Below the pieces are notes generated by a model that had not been told where the DNA came from, made no database searches, and saw nothing but the letters and a program-made list of their open reading frames with translations. Shown piece after piece: positions 32,340 through 43,419 of a DNA stretch of 64,000 nt (position 1 is its first letter; each line of letters begins with the position of its first letter). This DNA is from Burkholderiaceae bacterium (GTDB taxonomy: Bacteria > Pseudomonadota > Gammaproteobacteria > Burkholderiales > Burkholderiaceae_B), in assembly GCA_035720945.1 (NCBI GenBank), contig DASTNK010000058.1, forward strand, positions 1,148 to 65,147, given 5' to 3'. A program made the translations under genes and the position numbers.

Positions 32340-32411
32340 TCCACGACACCAGGGCCTGTTGACACCCTGGTTCGCAACCCCTATACCGCGATACATAGTC
32401 CGCCTCGTATC

Positions 32412-33569
32412 ATGCCTTCCGACTCGCCCATTTCCAGCCTCGTCGCCGACGCGCGACGCCTCGTCGTCAAAGTCGGCTCATCCCTGGTCACCAACGAAGG
32501 CAAAGGCATAGATCGTGCCGCCGTGGCGTCATGGGCGTCGCAGATCGCCGACCTGCATCGCCAGGGACGCCAGATGGTTCTGGTGTCCAGCGGCGCCATC
32601 GCCGAGGGGATGGTGCGCCTGGGTTGGCCGCAACGCCCCCATACCATGCATGAACTACAGGCGGCGGCGGCCGTGGGCCAGATGGGTCTGGTCCAGGCCT
32701 ACGAAGCCGCATTCGCCACGCACGCCATCCGGGCCGCGCAAATCCTGCTCACCCATGAAGACCTCGCCGACCGGCGCCGATACCTGAACGCCCGCACCAC
32801 GCTCTACACGCTCCTGGGCCTGGGCGTGGTGCCCATCGTCAACGAAAACGATACCGTGGTCACTGACGAAATCCGCCTGGGCGACAACGACACGCTGGGC
32901 GCGCTGGTGACCAACCTGATCGAGGCCGACGCCCTCATCATCCTGACCGACCAGGACGGCCTTTACAATTCCGACCCCCGCAAGAATCCCGACGCGCGGC
33001 TCATTCAGACCGGTCAGGCGGGGGATCCGGCGCTCGAGACCATGGCCGGCGGCGCCGGTAGCGGCATCGGCACCGGCGGCATGTTGACCAAGGTGCTGGC
33101 GGCGCGGCGCGCGGCCAACAGCGGCGGGCACACCATCATCGCTTCCGGGCGCGAGCCCGACGTGCTGCTGCGTCTCGCCGCGGGCGAACCCATAGGCACC
33201 GAATTGCGCGCACTCCTGCCTGTGCGCTCGGCGCGCAAGCGCTGGCTCGCGAATCATCTGCGGCTGCGCGGGCGCGTCACGCTGGATGCGGGGGCGGTCC
33301 AGGCCTTGACGCAGAACCACAAGAGCCTGCTGGCCATCGGCGTCATCAAGGTCGAAGGCGAGTTCGAGCGCGGCGACGTGGTCGCCTGCGTGGATCAGAA
33401 CGGCGTGGAATGCGGCCGCGGGCTGATCAACTATTCATCAGGCGACACCCGCCGCATCATGCGCCAGCCCAGCCGGCGCATTCCCGATATCCTGGGCAGC
33501 ATGTCAGACCAGGAACTCATGCATCGGGACAACATGGTCTTCGTGCGGCCGGGGCGGCGGCCGGCTTGA
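32412..33569 (+). CDS. proB: Glutamate 5-kinase
   Basis: [32 protein letters not shown], and a C-terminal PUA domain. Confidence 0.95.
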   Translation: MPSDSPISSLVADARRLVVKVGSSLVTNEGKGIDRAAVASWASQIADLHRQGRQMVLVSSGAIAEGMVRLGWPQRPHTMHELQAAAAVGQMGLVQAYEAAFATHAIRAAQILLTHEDLADRRRYLNARTTLYTLLGLGVVPIVNENDTVVTDEIRLGDNDTLGALVTNLIEADALIILTDQDGLYNSDPRKNPDARLIQTGQAGDPALETMAGGAGSGIGTGGMLTKVLAARRAANSGGHTIIASGREPDVLLRLAAGEPIGTELRALLPVRSARKRWLANHLRLRGRVTLDAGAVQALTQNHKSLLAIGVIKVEGEFERGDVVACVDQNGVECGRGLINYSSGDTRRIMRQPSRRIPDILGSMSDQELMHRDNMVFVRPGRRPA

Positions 33570-33629
33570 TGCCTCGGCATCACCGCCAGCGCCAAAGCTG
33601 AACAGTCGAATCGATCGGGCAAATTCGAA

Positions 33630-34658
33630 TCAACCAGGCAGCACACTGCCTCTGTCACCGGGCAGCACACCGGCTCCGTCACCAGGCGGCACACCGGCTC
33701 CGTCGGCCGCGCCCAGCACGACGGGCCCATCGCTTCGCAGGCTTGCCTCCCGGGCCGCCCTCAGGGCAGGCAGCCTGTCCTGCAGGAAATCGATGAATAC
33801 CCGGACCTTCGCAGGAACCAGACGCGATGGAAACAGGGCGAACAGCGGCATCGGCCCGAAATCCCAGCCGGGCAGAACACGCACCAGCCGCTGCATCCCG
33901 TCATCGCACCGGGACAGATATTCAGTAAGCTGCGCAATCCCCATTCCCTGCAGACACAGGCGGCGCAGCATTCCCGCGTCATTGGCCGCGACGGCCCCGG
34001 ATACCGGCACCAGCTCCTGACGTCCCTGGCAGCGCAGCCGCCAGATCGCGTCCGTCTTGCCGGCGGATCGCCGCAGGCACACATGGTGCTCCAGATCGGC
34101 GGGCTCCAGAGGCACCCCCCGGCGTGCCAGATAATCGCGCGCGGCGTACAACCCCAGTTGCAGATCATCGATATGGCGCGACACCACGCCGGAGTCCGGC
34201 TGCTCGCCCAAGCGCAACGCCATGTCGTACGGCTCGGTCAGCAAATCCACCTGGCGCATGCTCAAGTCGAACTCGCATTCGATCTCCGGGTATTGCGTAC
34301 AAAAATCGCGCAGGATTTCAGACAACGACATCACTGCCAGGCTGGTGGGCACCGCGACCCGCAATCGCCCCTGAGGCCGCCGGGCCGTCTCGACCAGTTG
34401 TTCGTGCGCGATACGCGCTTTGTCGATGATATTCCGGCAGCGCTCGAAGTACACACTGCCGGCTTCAGTGAGTTCCACCCGGCGTGTGCTTCGATGAAGC
34501 AGCTTGACGCCAATGCATCGCTCGAGCCCTGAAATTCGGCGCGACAGCGTCGAGACCGGCACGCCCGACGATTCCGCGGCACGGCTGAAATTCTTGCGCC
34601 GTGCCACCTCGACGAACAGCGCCATGTCATCCAGTGAGGTATTCGTTGATTTTTCCAT
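33630..34658 (-). CDS. LysR-family transcriptional regulator with repeat-containing C-terminal tail
   Basis: The N-terminal HTH (FVEVARRKNFSRAAESSGVPVSTLSRRISGLE) and substrate-binding domain are highly similar to the paralog at 35350-36297. There is an extra roughly 30-aa tail (GAADGAGVPPGDGAGVLPGDRGSVLPG). Confidence 0.9.
   Translation of the reverse strand: MEKSTNTSLDDMALFVEVARRKNFSRAAESSGVPVSTLSRRISGLERCIGVKLLHRSTRRVELTEAGSVYFERCRNIIDKARIAHEQLVETARRPQGRLRVAVPTSLAVMSLSEILRDFCTQYPEIECEFDLSMRQVDLLTEPYDMALRLGEQPDSGVVSRHIDDLQLGLYAARDYLARRGVPLEPADLEHHVCLRRSAGKTDAIWRLRCQGRQELVPVSGAVAANDAGMLRRLCLQGMGIAQLTEYLSRCDDGMQRLVRVLPGWDFGPMPLFALFPSRLVPAKVRVFIDFLQDRLPALRAAREASLRSDGPVVLGAADGAGVPPGDGAGVLPGDRGSVLPG
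33633..33704. repeat. 3 x 24-bp in-frame tandem repeat at the 3' end of the LysR gene
   Basis: Units ACCAGGCAGCACACTGCCTCTGTC (33633-56), ACCGGGCAGCACACCGGCTCCGTC (33657-80) and ACCAGGCGGCACACCGGCTCCGTC (33681-704). They encode the octapeptide repeats DGAGVPPG / DGAGVLPG / DRGSVLPG. Confidence 0.85.
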
Positions 34659-34688
34659 ATTCGGTCATTGCGGACTATCAACCATCCG

Positions 34689-34732
34689 AGCCAATTAGCT
34701 TACGCATTCAATTATTCCACCAATAATTGGCT
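34689..34732. promoter_or_regulatory. Candidate LysR operator in an AT-rich divergent promoter region
   Basis: AGCCAATTA (34689-97) and TAATTGGCT (34724-32) are perfect inverted repeats. A nested CAATTATT-N5-AATAATTG dyad lies between the LysR gene and the DUF4148 gene. Confidence 0.4.
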
Positions 34733-34899
34733 ATTTCAGTTTTTATTATTTCATGTATGAAAATATGATTTGTGCAAATACGGGTTTATACCTATCTCAA
34801 TCAGGCAGATACTTCTCCACATCGACGGTGAGCACCGGCAAGCCGCAAGAGCGGTTTTCCGTTATGTAGCGTCGACCTTCGAAACGAATGGAGTTCGCA

Positions 34900-35274
34900 A
34901 TGAAAGCAATCTTAGGTACCGCAATGATTTCCCTGTCCCTGCTGGCCGCTGGCGCCCAGGCCGCCGTATCCGATGTCGCACCGACCCGCGCGCAAGTCGT
35001 GGCCGAACTGCAGCAAGCCCGTTCGGCCGGGCTGCTGAGCGAGCACGAGGCGGATCCCTACCCCGTGCCGGTGGTGGCCGCGAGCCATAAGAGCCGCGCG
35101 GAAGTCCTGGCGGAACTGGCGCAGGCGCGCAGCGCCGGTCAACTCAGCCTGCACGAGGCGGACCCGTACCCGTCACCCGCGGCAGACGCGGACCCTGTCG
35201 CCTCGCGCGCACAAGTCCTGGCCGAACTGGCGCAGTACCAGTCGGCGCATCCGCGGGAGTTCATTGAACATTGA
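34900..35274 (+). CDS. Secreted DUF4148-like repeat protein
   Basis: Signal peptide MKAILGTAMISLSLLAAGAQA, with GGAG 6 nt upstream of ATG 34900. Three copies of an R(A/S)(Q/E)V(V/L)AEL(Q/A)QARSAG.L..HEADPYP-type module. Confidence 0.7.
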   Translation: MKAILGTAMISLSLLAAGAQAAVSDVAPTRAQVVAELQQARSAGLLSEHEADPYPVPVVAASHKSRAEVLAELAQARSAGQLSLHEADPYPSPAADADPVASRAQVLAELAQYQSAHPREFIEH

Positions 35275-35349
35275 TCCCGCCCGCCGGTACGGCTGAAGAA
35301 TCGACCGCGCCAAGACGGCGGGCAAGGCCCGCCACGCATCACGGCCCGA

Positions 35350-36297
35350 TCAGGCGACGACGCCTGACCGGGCCGTCTGCTTCAAGAGGCCCTGCGCTTT
35401 CGTAGCCGCTTGCAACTCAACGAGGCGCGCCTGCAGGAACTCGATGAAGACACGCGTCTTGGCCGGCATCAGGCGCGAGGGAAACAGCGCCAGCAGAGGC
35501 ATCGGCCGGAACTCCCATTCCGGCAGCACACGCACCAGCGGCTCTTCGCCTTCCTGGCCTCGCGACATGCGGCACGACAGGGGCACAATGCCTAGTCCCT
35601 GCTGGCACATGCGCTGGAGCATGCCGACGTTGTTAGCCATGATCCGGCCCGCGACCGCGACGGTCTCGACGCGATCGCCGCCATGCAGTTCCCAGTTGGA
35701 GTCTTCCTTGTTGGCCGTGGCCCTGAGGCACTGGTGATGCGCAAGCTCGGCCGGCACCACGGGCATGCCGTGATTGGCAATGTAGCGACGCGACGCGAAC
35801 AACCCCAGGGACACGCTCACCAGGTGGCGCGATACCACCCCCGAATCAGGCTGCTGGCCAAAGCGCAACACCAGATCGAACGGGTCGGCCAGCAGGTCCA
35901 CCGGATGAATGCCCAAGTCGAACTCGCACTCGATGTCAGGGTACAGTGTGCAGAACTCCCCCAGGAACCCGGCCAGCGTGATCACGGCAAAGCTGGCGGG
36001 CAGCGATACCCGCAGGCGCCCCTTGGGCTGCTGGGCCACGTCGACCAGTTGTTCATGCGCAATGCGCGCTTCATCGACGATCTTCTGGCATCGCTCGAAG
36101 TAGACGCCGCCGGCCTCGGTGAGTTCCACCCGGCGCGTGCTGCGGTTGAACAGCTTGACCCCGATATTGTGCTCGAGCTGGTTGATACGGCGCGACAGGG
36201 TCGAGACCGGCACCCCCGACGATTCCGAAGCACGACTGAAATTCCGGCGCTTCGCGACCTCGACGAACAAAGCTATGTCATCCAGAGACGTATCCAT
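35350..36297 (-). CDS. LysR-family transcriptional regulator (paralog of 33630-34658)
   Basis: FVEVAKRRNFSRASESSGVPVSTLSRRINQLE HTH. Collinear similarity to the neighbouring LysR along the whole length. No repeat tail. Confidence 0.9.
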   Translation of the reverse strand: MDTSLDDIALFVEVAKRRNFSRASESSGVPVSTLSRRINQLEHNIGVKLFNRSTRRVELTEAGGVYFERCQKIVDEARIAHEQLVDVAQQPKGRLRVSLPASFAVITLAGFLGEFCTLYPDIECEFDLGIHPVDLLADPFDLVLRFGQQPDSGVVSRHLVSVSLGLFASRRYIANHGMPVVPAELAHHQCLRATANKEDSNWELHGGDRVETVAVAGRIMANNVGMLQRMCQQGLGIVPLSCRMSRGQEGEEPLVRVLPEWEFRPMPLLALFPSRLMPAKTRVFIEFLQARLVELQAATKAQGLLKQTARSGVVA

Positions 36298-36315
36298 GCA
36301 ATTTTCCCGGCTGCC

Positions 36316-36825
36316 CTATTTTTGCGCAGCGATGAACAGAGTTTCCTTGACCTCTTCCATGACCACGCAGCTCTTGGTCTGGGTCACCCCGGGCAGGCGC
36401 AGCAGGATGTCGCCCAACAAGTGGCGGTACTGGCCGATTTCCTTGATGCGAGCCTTGACCAGGTAATCGAAATCGCCCGACACCAAGTGGCATTCCTGAA
36501 CTTCGGGAATGCACAGGATGGCGCGCCGGAAGTCGTCGAACGTGCGGTCGGACTTGCTGGACATGGAAATTTCGACAAACACCAGCAGCCCGGCATCGAG
36601 CGCGCCGGGCAACACCCTGGCGTGGTATCCCGTGATGATGCCGTCGCGCTCGAGGCGCTTGACCCGCTCGGCGCATGGCGTCACGGTCAGGCCAACGGCT
36701 TCGGACAATTCAGTCATGGACATGCGACCGTTGTTCTGAAGCAGATCGAGGATGTGCCGGTCCAGTTTGTCGAGCGTGCTGACGGGTTGACGCTGTACTC
36801 TCAATTCTCGCCCCTCGGGAGACAA
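36316..36825 (-). CDS. Lrp/AsnC-family transcriptional regulator (DadR-like, divergent from dadA)
   Basis: LDKLDRHILDLLQNNGRMSMTELSEAVGLTVTPCAERVKRLERDGII HTH plus a RAM domain. The track start at 36825 is a TTG codon, so the exact start is uncertain. Confidence 0.85.
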   Translation of the reverse strand: MSPEGRELRVQRQPVSTLDKLDRHILDLLQNNGRMSMTELSEAVGLTVTPCAERVKRLERDGIITGYHARVLPGALDAGLLVFVEISMSSKSDRTFDDFRRAILCIPEVQECHLVSGDFDYLVKARIKEIGQYRHLLGDILLRLPGVTQTKSCVVMEEVKETLFIAAQK

Positions 36826-37037
36826 CCAATATCCCGATTATAGGATTGGCGGGGCTGAGCATTCGCCCGGCCAGCAATAAAACCTGAATTTCCAAATTCT
36901 TCAAAAAAAAACACTATTCGGCCTATCTTAGAATGCCGCCATGGCAACGCTGGGAAGGTCTGTCGTCGAAGCGCGCCATACCGTCGGGGGCCATCAGTTT
37001 CGCCGAACAACATAACTCTTATCATAAAAGTGCAGCC

Positions 37038-38288
37038 ATGAAGGTTTTGGTTCTAGGCGCCGGGGTCATCGGGGTGACCAGCGCGTATTTTCTCGCCAGG
37101 CAAGGTCATGACGTCACCGTCATCGATCGTGAATCGGCCGCCGCCATGGAAACCAGCTACGGCAACGCGGGCCAATTGTCTTTCGGTTACTCGTCACCAT
37201 GGGCCGCGCCAGGCGTCCCGCTGAAAGCCCTGAAGTGGATGTTCGCCGAGCACCCGCCGCTCACCATCCGCCCGGACGGCTCACTGTTCCAGTTGAAGTG
37301 GCTGTTTCAGATGTGGCGCAACTGCACGGCGGCGCGCTATGCGATCAACAAGGAACGCATGGTGCGCATCTCGACATACAGCCGTCAATGCCTCGAGCAA
37401 CTGCGCGCCGACACCGGCATTGAATTCGAAGGCCGCTCTCGCGGGACGCTGCAACTTTTCCGCACACAGCATCAGCTCGACGGGATCTCGCAAGATCTCG
37501 CCGTGCTGGCCGAAGCGGGCGTACGCTACGACGTGCTATCACGCGAAGACTTGGTCAAAGCCGAGCCGGCGCTGGCCAATTCGCTGCACAAGCTGGCGGG
37601 TGGCCTGCGGACGCCGGACGACGAGACCGGCGACTGCCACCTGTTCACCACTCGGCTGGCCGCTCTGGCGCGCGAGGCGGGGGTGGACTTCCGCTATGGC
37701 GTCGACATCCGCAAACTGCGTTTCGGCGCGGGTGCCATCGAGGGCGTCGAATGCTCCACCGGGACAATGACCGCCGATGCCTACGTGGTGGCGTTGGGGT
37801 CGTACTCCCGGCTGATGCTGGACGGTAATCTGTCCCTGCCCGTCTACCCTCTTAAAGGCTATTCCATCACAGTGCCCATCACGAACGAGACGGCGGCACC
37901 TGTTTCCACCCTGCTGGACGAAACCTACAAGATCGCGGTCACCCGGTTCGACAATCGTATCCGGGTCGGCGGCATGGCCGAAATCGTGGGCTACAGCAAG
38001 GCGCTCAACCCCAAGCGACAGAAGACGCTGGAAATGGTGCTGAATGATTTATTCCCGGGCAGCCACGCGCCCGGCAGCGCGCACTTCTGGACGGGCCTGC
38101 GGCCCAAGACGCCGGACAGCACGCCCATCGTAGGCAAAACCGCCTACCGCAACCTCTTCCTGAACACGGGCCACGGTACGCTGGGCTGGACGATGTCATG
38201 CGGCACCGGCCAACTGCTGGCTGACATCGTTTCAGGACACGAAACCGCCATCCGCAGCGACGACCTGAACCTCAGCCGCTATCGCTGA
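37038..38288 (+). CDS. dadA: D-amino-acid dehydrogenase small subunit
   Basis: [20 protein letters not shown] (FAD GxGxxG), then [22 protein letters not shown], as in DadA. Start at ATG 37038. Confidence 0.9.
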   Translation: MKVLVLGAGVIGVTSAYFLARQGHDVTVIDRESAAAMETSYGNAGQLSFGYSSPWAAPGVPLKALKWMFAEHPPLTIRPDGSLFQLKWLFQMWRNCTAARYAINKERMVRISTYSRQCLEQLRADTGIEFEGRSRGTLQLFRTQHQLDGISQDLAVLAEAGVRYDVLSREDLVKAEPALANSLHKLAGGLRTPDDETGDCHLFTTRLAALAREAGVDFRYGVDIRKLRFGAGAIEGVECSTGTMTADAYVVALGSYSRLMLDGNLSLPVYPLKGYSITVPITNETAAPVSTLLDETYKIAVTRFDNRIRVGGMAEIVGYSKALNPKRQKTLEMVLNDLFPGSHAPGSAHFWTGLRPKTPDSTPIVGKTAYRNLFLNTGHGTLGWTMSCGTGQLLADIVSGHETAIRSDDLNLSRYR

Positions 38289-39001
38289 TCTGACGCGCCC
38301 TGGGTGAACATGTAACCCCAGCCGTGCACGGAGCGCAGCGGCAACGCCACGCCCCGATCCTCGAATTTTCGCCGCATACGGCTCACCAGCAATCCGATCT
38401 GTCGAACGCGCTGCGGGGCCTCCGCTCCATAAGCCGCGTTGACCGCCGCAGCCAGGTCGCCGTGTGACGCCCGCGAACCGGGGGCATGCAGCAACGCGCG
38501 AAGAAACGCTCTTTCTCCCGTCGTCAGGGACACCCGGCAGTCATCCGGACCGACCAGCACCCAGTCTCGTTCCTGCAATGACCAACCCCGGAACGGCCAG
38601 CGCCCGGCAGATTGGCGAATGCGACGAAACACCGTCGACAATAAAGTGGCCAGCAGCGCTGCCGACGCGCCTTGCGGACAACACGCGTCAGCACCACTGC
38701 GCAGCGCTTGTATCAATGCGTCTTCGCCATCGGACGGCACCATGACCACAATGACCAAGTCCGGATGGCGCATGCGCACGGAAGACGCCGCCAGACAGTT
38801 CTGATCCGGCGCGCCATTGAGGATCAGGCACGCACCCACCCCGGCGTGGGTAATGAAGTCGGGCAACCACCGTGGATCCGCGCAATGGTTGACCAGGAAA
38901 CCACACGTCTCGAGGCGCGACGCCATGTCGGTGTTTTCATCCACGCCAGGCGGGCCAGGCGAAGCGGGATCAAACAGGATGACGATGAGGTTCGATGGCA
39001 T
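38279..39001 (-). CDS. OmpR/PhoB-type winged-helix regulator with a degenerate receiver-like N-terminal domain
   Basis: The C-terminal part ([13 protein letters not shown]...[12 protein letters not shown]......VHGWGYMF) is a trans_reg_C-type wHTH. The N-terminal about 125 aa has receiver-like strand/helix periodicity, but CLILNG sits where the phospho-acceptor Asp motif should be, and CCPQG where the conserved Lys region should be. Confidence 0.7.
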   Translation of the reverse strand: MPSNLIVILFDPASPGPPGVDENTDMASRLETCGFLVNHCADPRWLPDFITHAGVGACLILNGAPDQNCLAASSVRMRHPDLVIVVMVPSDGEDALIQALRSGADACCPQGASAALLATLLSTVFRRIRQSAGRWPFRGWSLQERDWVLVGPDDCRVSLTTGERAFLRALLHAPGSRASHGDLAAAVNAAYGAEAPQRVRQIGLLVSRMRRKFEDRGVALPLRSVHGWGYMFTQGASDQR

Positions 39002-39113
39002 GACAAAAGCGCGGAGGAAACGGTTGGGGATGACCTAGGACTCAGGGCGGAAGAACGATCATGCAACCAGTCGGCCGACGACGATGTTCTGGTTTTCGAT
39101 CCAAAATAGCACG

Positions 39114-39166
39114 AACGTGATTTCAATTATCACCAACGTGATTGAATTTGATCATCCAATCACGTT
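39114..39166. promoter_or_regulatory. Array of three 9-mer repeats (AACGTGATT x2 direct, AATCACGTT inverted) abutting the XRE start codon
   Basis: AACGTGATT at 39114-22 and 39135-43, with the reverse complement AATCACGTT at 39158-66. Nested GTGAT/ATCAC dyads at 39117-21/39129-33 and 39138-42/39159-63. The GTG start is at 39167. Confidence 0.45.
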
Positions 39167-39562
39167 GTGAGCAAATTCGCCGACCGCCTTCGCCAAGCCC
39201 GCTTGTTGCGGGGATTCACCCAGGCCTCGCTGGCCCAAGCCTGCGGCCTGTCGCAGAGCGCCATCGCCAACTACGAAACCAAGAACCGCAAGGCGGCGAA
39301 AGACGTCTTCAAACTGGCCGACGTCCTGCGTGTGAACGCGGTCTGGCTCGGGCAAGGGGTTGGACCCATGGAAACGGCCCCGACATCGTTGCCATCACCC
39401 TCCGGCTCCAGAATCGCCGAAGCACACGTCGGTCGACAGCGCGACCATTGGCCATTCAACAATATTCCGGCGGACCAGTTCTGGACACTGCCCGAGGGTG
39501 ACCGCCAGCTTATCGAGGATGCCGTCGCCTCGCTGATCGCGTCGTTGAGACGAAGCCGATAG
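39167..39562 (+). CDS. XRE-family helix-turn-helix transcriptional regulator
   Basis: FADRLRQARLLRGFTQASLAQACGLSQSAIANYETKNRKAAKDVFKLADVLRVNAVWLGQG is a Cro/CI-type HTH. GTG at 39167 is the first possible start, because an in-frame TGA lies at 39149-51. No purine-rich SD lies upstream. Confidence 0.8.
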   Translation: MSKFADRLRQARLLRGFTQASLAQACGLSQSAIANYETKNRKAAKDVFKLADVLRVNAVWLGQGVGPMETAPTSLPSPSGSRIAEAHVGRQRDHWPFNNIPADQFWTLPEGDRQLIEDAVASLIASLRRSR

Positions 39563-39672
39563 AAGGCCTGGAACTCGACGCAATCCTCGTGGCCCGGCGG
39601 GATCGGGGGACCGGGGAACGCCACGGAAAAACCGCGAGACACAGGCCGGCGAAAACCTATATACTCAATGCC

Positions 39673-41748
<2,076 letters not shown>

Positions 41749-41760
41749 TCGACTGCCAGT

Positions 41761-41785
41761 CCGGCGCCGCTATTCGCGGCGCCGG
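41761..41785. terminator. GC-rich hairpin between convergent thiC and the ompA-like gene
   Basis: CCGGCGCCGC (41761-70) TATTC GCGGCGCCGG (41776-85), a perfect 10-bp stem. There is no clear U-run on either strand. Confidence 0.45.
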
Positions 41786-41799
41786 GCGAGGACACCGTG

Positions 41800-42456
41800 T
41801 CAGCTCTTGACCGCGTACAGGTATAGCTCTACGCGGCGATTCATGGCTCGGCCAGCGGCCGTGCTGTTCGACGCGATCGGGTCGTTGGGCCCTCGGCCCT
41901 CGATGCTCAGACGGGAACCGGCCACGCCCTGACTGCTCAGGTAATTCGTGACGGCTTGCGCCCGGTTGAGCGACAAGGTCTGGTTGTAGGCCGGCGACCC
42001 GGTGCTGTCTGTGTAGCCAATAGCCTTGGCACGCAATTCGGGATGCTGCACGAGCGCCCGGGCCACGCTGTTGAGTACTGGCAGCAGCGCCGGCTTCAAG
42101 TCATACTTATTGGTGTCGAACGACACATTGCTGGGGATGTTCACCTTGAGGGTGCCATCAGGCATTTCGGTCACATCCACGCCCAGTTGGGAGGCACCTG
42201 ACTGCTGCACGTCTTTCTTGATGCCCGACCAGTTGTAACCCGCAATCCCGCCAGCCACCGCGCCGATGCCGGCACCGATGAGCGCTCCGTGGCCATTGCC
42301 GATCAACGCGCCGATACCCGCCCCCAACGCCGCACCGATACCAGCGCCAGCGGCCGTCTTGCCGCCTTGTGACATCTGGGGCGCGTTAGCGCACCCACCA
42401 AGCAGACCCGCCACAGCCAAACAGGCAACCGCCTGACTGATTCGCATTGTTCTCAT
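41800..42456 (-). CDS. OmpA-family peptidoglycan-binding lipoprotein with a glycine-zipper segment
   Basis: Start at MRTMRIS (ATG 42456, with AAGGAGAA upstream). Lipobox LLGGC, Gly-zipper GAGIGAALGAGIGALIG, and OmpA_C motifs GYTDSTGSPAYNQTLSLNRAQAV and NRRVEL. Confidence 0.85.
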   Translation of the reverse strand: MRTMRISQAVACLAVAGLLGGCANAPQMSQGGKTAAGAGIGAALGAGIGALIGNGHGALIGAGIGAVAGGIAGYNWSGIKKDVQQSGASQLGVDVTEMPDGTLKVNIPSNVSFDTNKYDLKPALLPVLNSVARALVQHPELRAKAIGYTDSTGSPAYNQTLSLNRAQAVTNYLSSQGVAGSRLSIEGRGPNDPIASNSTAAGRAMNRRVELYLYAVKS

Positions 42457-42744
42457 GTTGTTCTCCTTGTCAGGGCCCACCGTTGAATTCCGGGCCAATG
42501 ACAATGCTAGCAAGCTCCGGGAGAAAAAATTGTTACATTGTGGTTCCCGAGCCGGATTCTTGACCATTCTTGAAGGATTTCCATCCGTGGCGGCTCCCGA
42601 TCCGCCCAGCCGTGGGGGTCCAAAAGGCCGTTGACGCGACAGCGACGAAACGCCAGCACTTACCCAAACCGCCGCCGTACCGGATAATGCCGGAAACCGC
42701 ATGGGCGGTTACGTTATTATTGGCGCTGTCACTTCATAGTCACC

Positions 42745-43419
42745 ATGATCGAATTCCAGCACGTATTCAAATCGTACGGACGCGGGCGCAACATCCTGGC
42801 CGATATCAATTTCCGCATCGAGCCGGGCGAATTCATCTTCGTCTCCGGCCCATCCGGCGCTGGCAAATCAACCCTGCTCAAACTCATCGGCGGGCTGGAG
42901 CCGCCCAGCCGCGGGCAGGTCCACGTCAACGGCCATCGCATCGACAAGATGTCGGCGCGCGCGCGCCCCTATCTGCGCCGCGCCGTGGGCGTGATTCTGC
43001 AAGACACGCACCTGCTCTATGACCGCAATGCCATCCAGAACATCCTGTTGCCCCTGACCGTGGTCGGCCTGGAAAGCGGCGCCGCCCTGACGCGTGCGCG
43101 CGCCGCCGTGGAAAAAGTCGGGCTCTCCGGCAAGGAAACCCTCAACCCGGTGGAAATGTCCGGCGGCGAACAGCAGCGGCTGGCCATCGCCAGGGCCATT
43201 GTCAACCGGCCGGCCATCCTGATCGCCGACGAACCCACCGCCAGCCTGGATCAGGATAGCGCACACCGCATCATGGACGTATTCCGCGACTTCAACCGGG
43301 TGGGCGTGACCACCCTCATCGCCTCGCACGACCTGCGCCTCATGGCCTCGTACGCCACCCGCACATTGCACATCGATCAAAGCGGCCGTTTCTCCGATTT
43401 CAAAGGGGTGGCGGCATGA
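42745..43419 (+). CDS. ftsE: Cell-division ABC transporter ATP-binding protein FtsE
   Basis: MIEFQHVFKSY, Walker A GPSGAGKST, signature MSGGEQQR, and Walker B ILIADEPT. Confidence 0.9.
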   Translation: MIEFQHVFKSYGRGRNILADINFRIEPGEFIFVSGPSGAGKSTLLKLIGGLEPPSRGQVHVNGHRIDKMSARARPYLRRAVGVILQDTHLLYDRNAIQNILLPLTVVGLESGAALTRARAAVEKVGLSGKETLNPVEMSGGEQQRLAIARAIVNRPAILIADEPTASLDQDSAHRIMDVFRDFNRVGVTTLIASHDLRLMASYATRTLHIDQSGRFSDFKGVAA

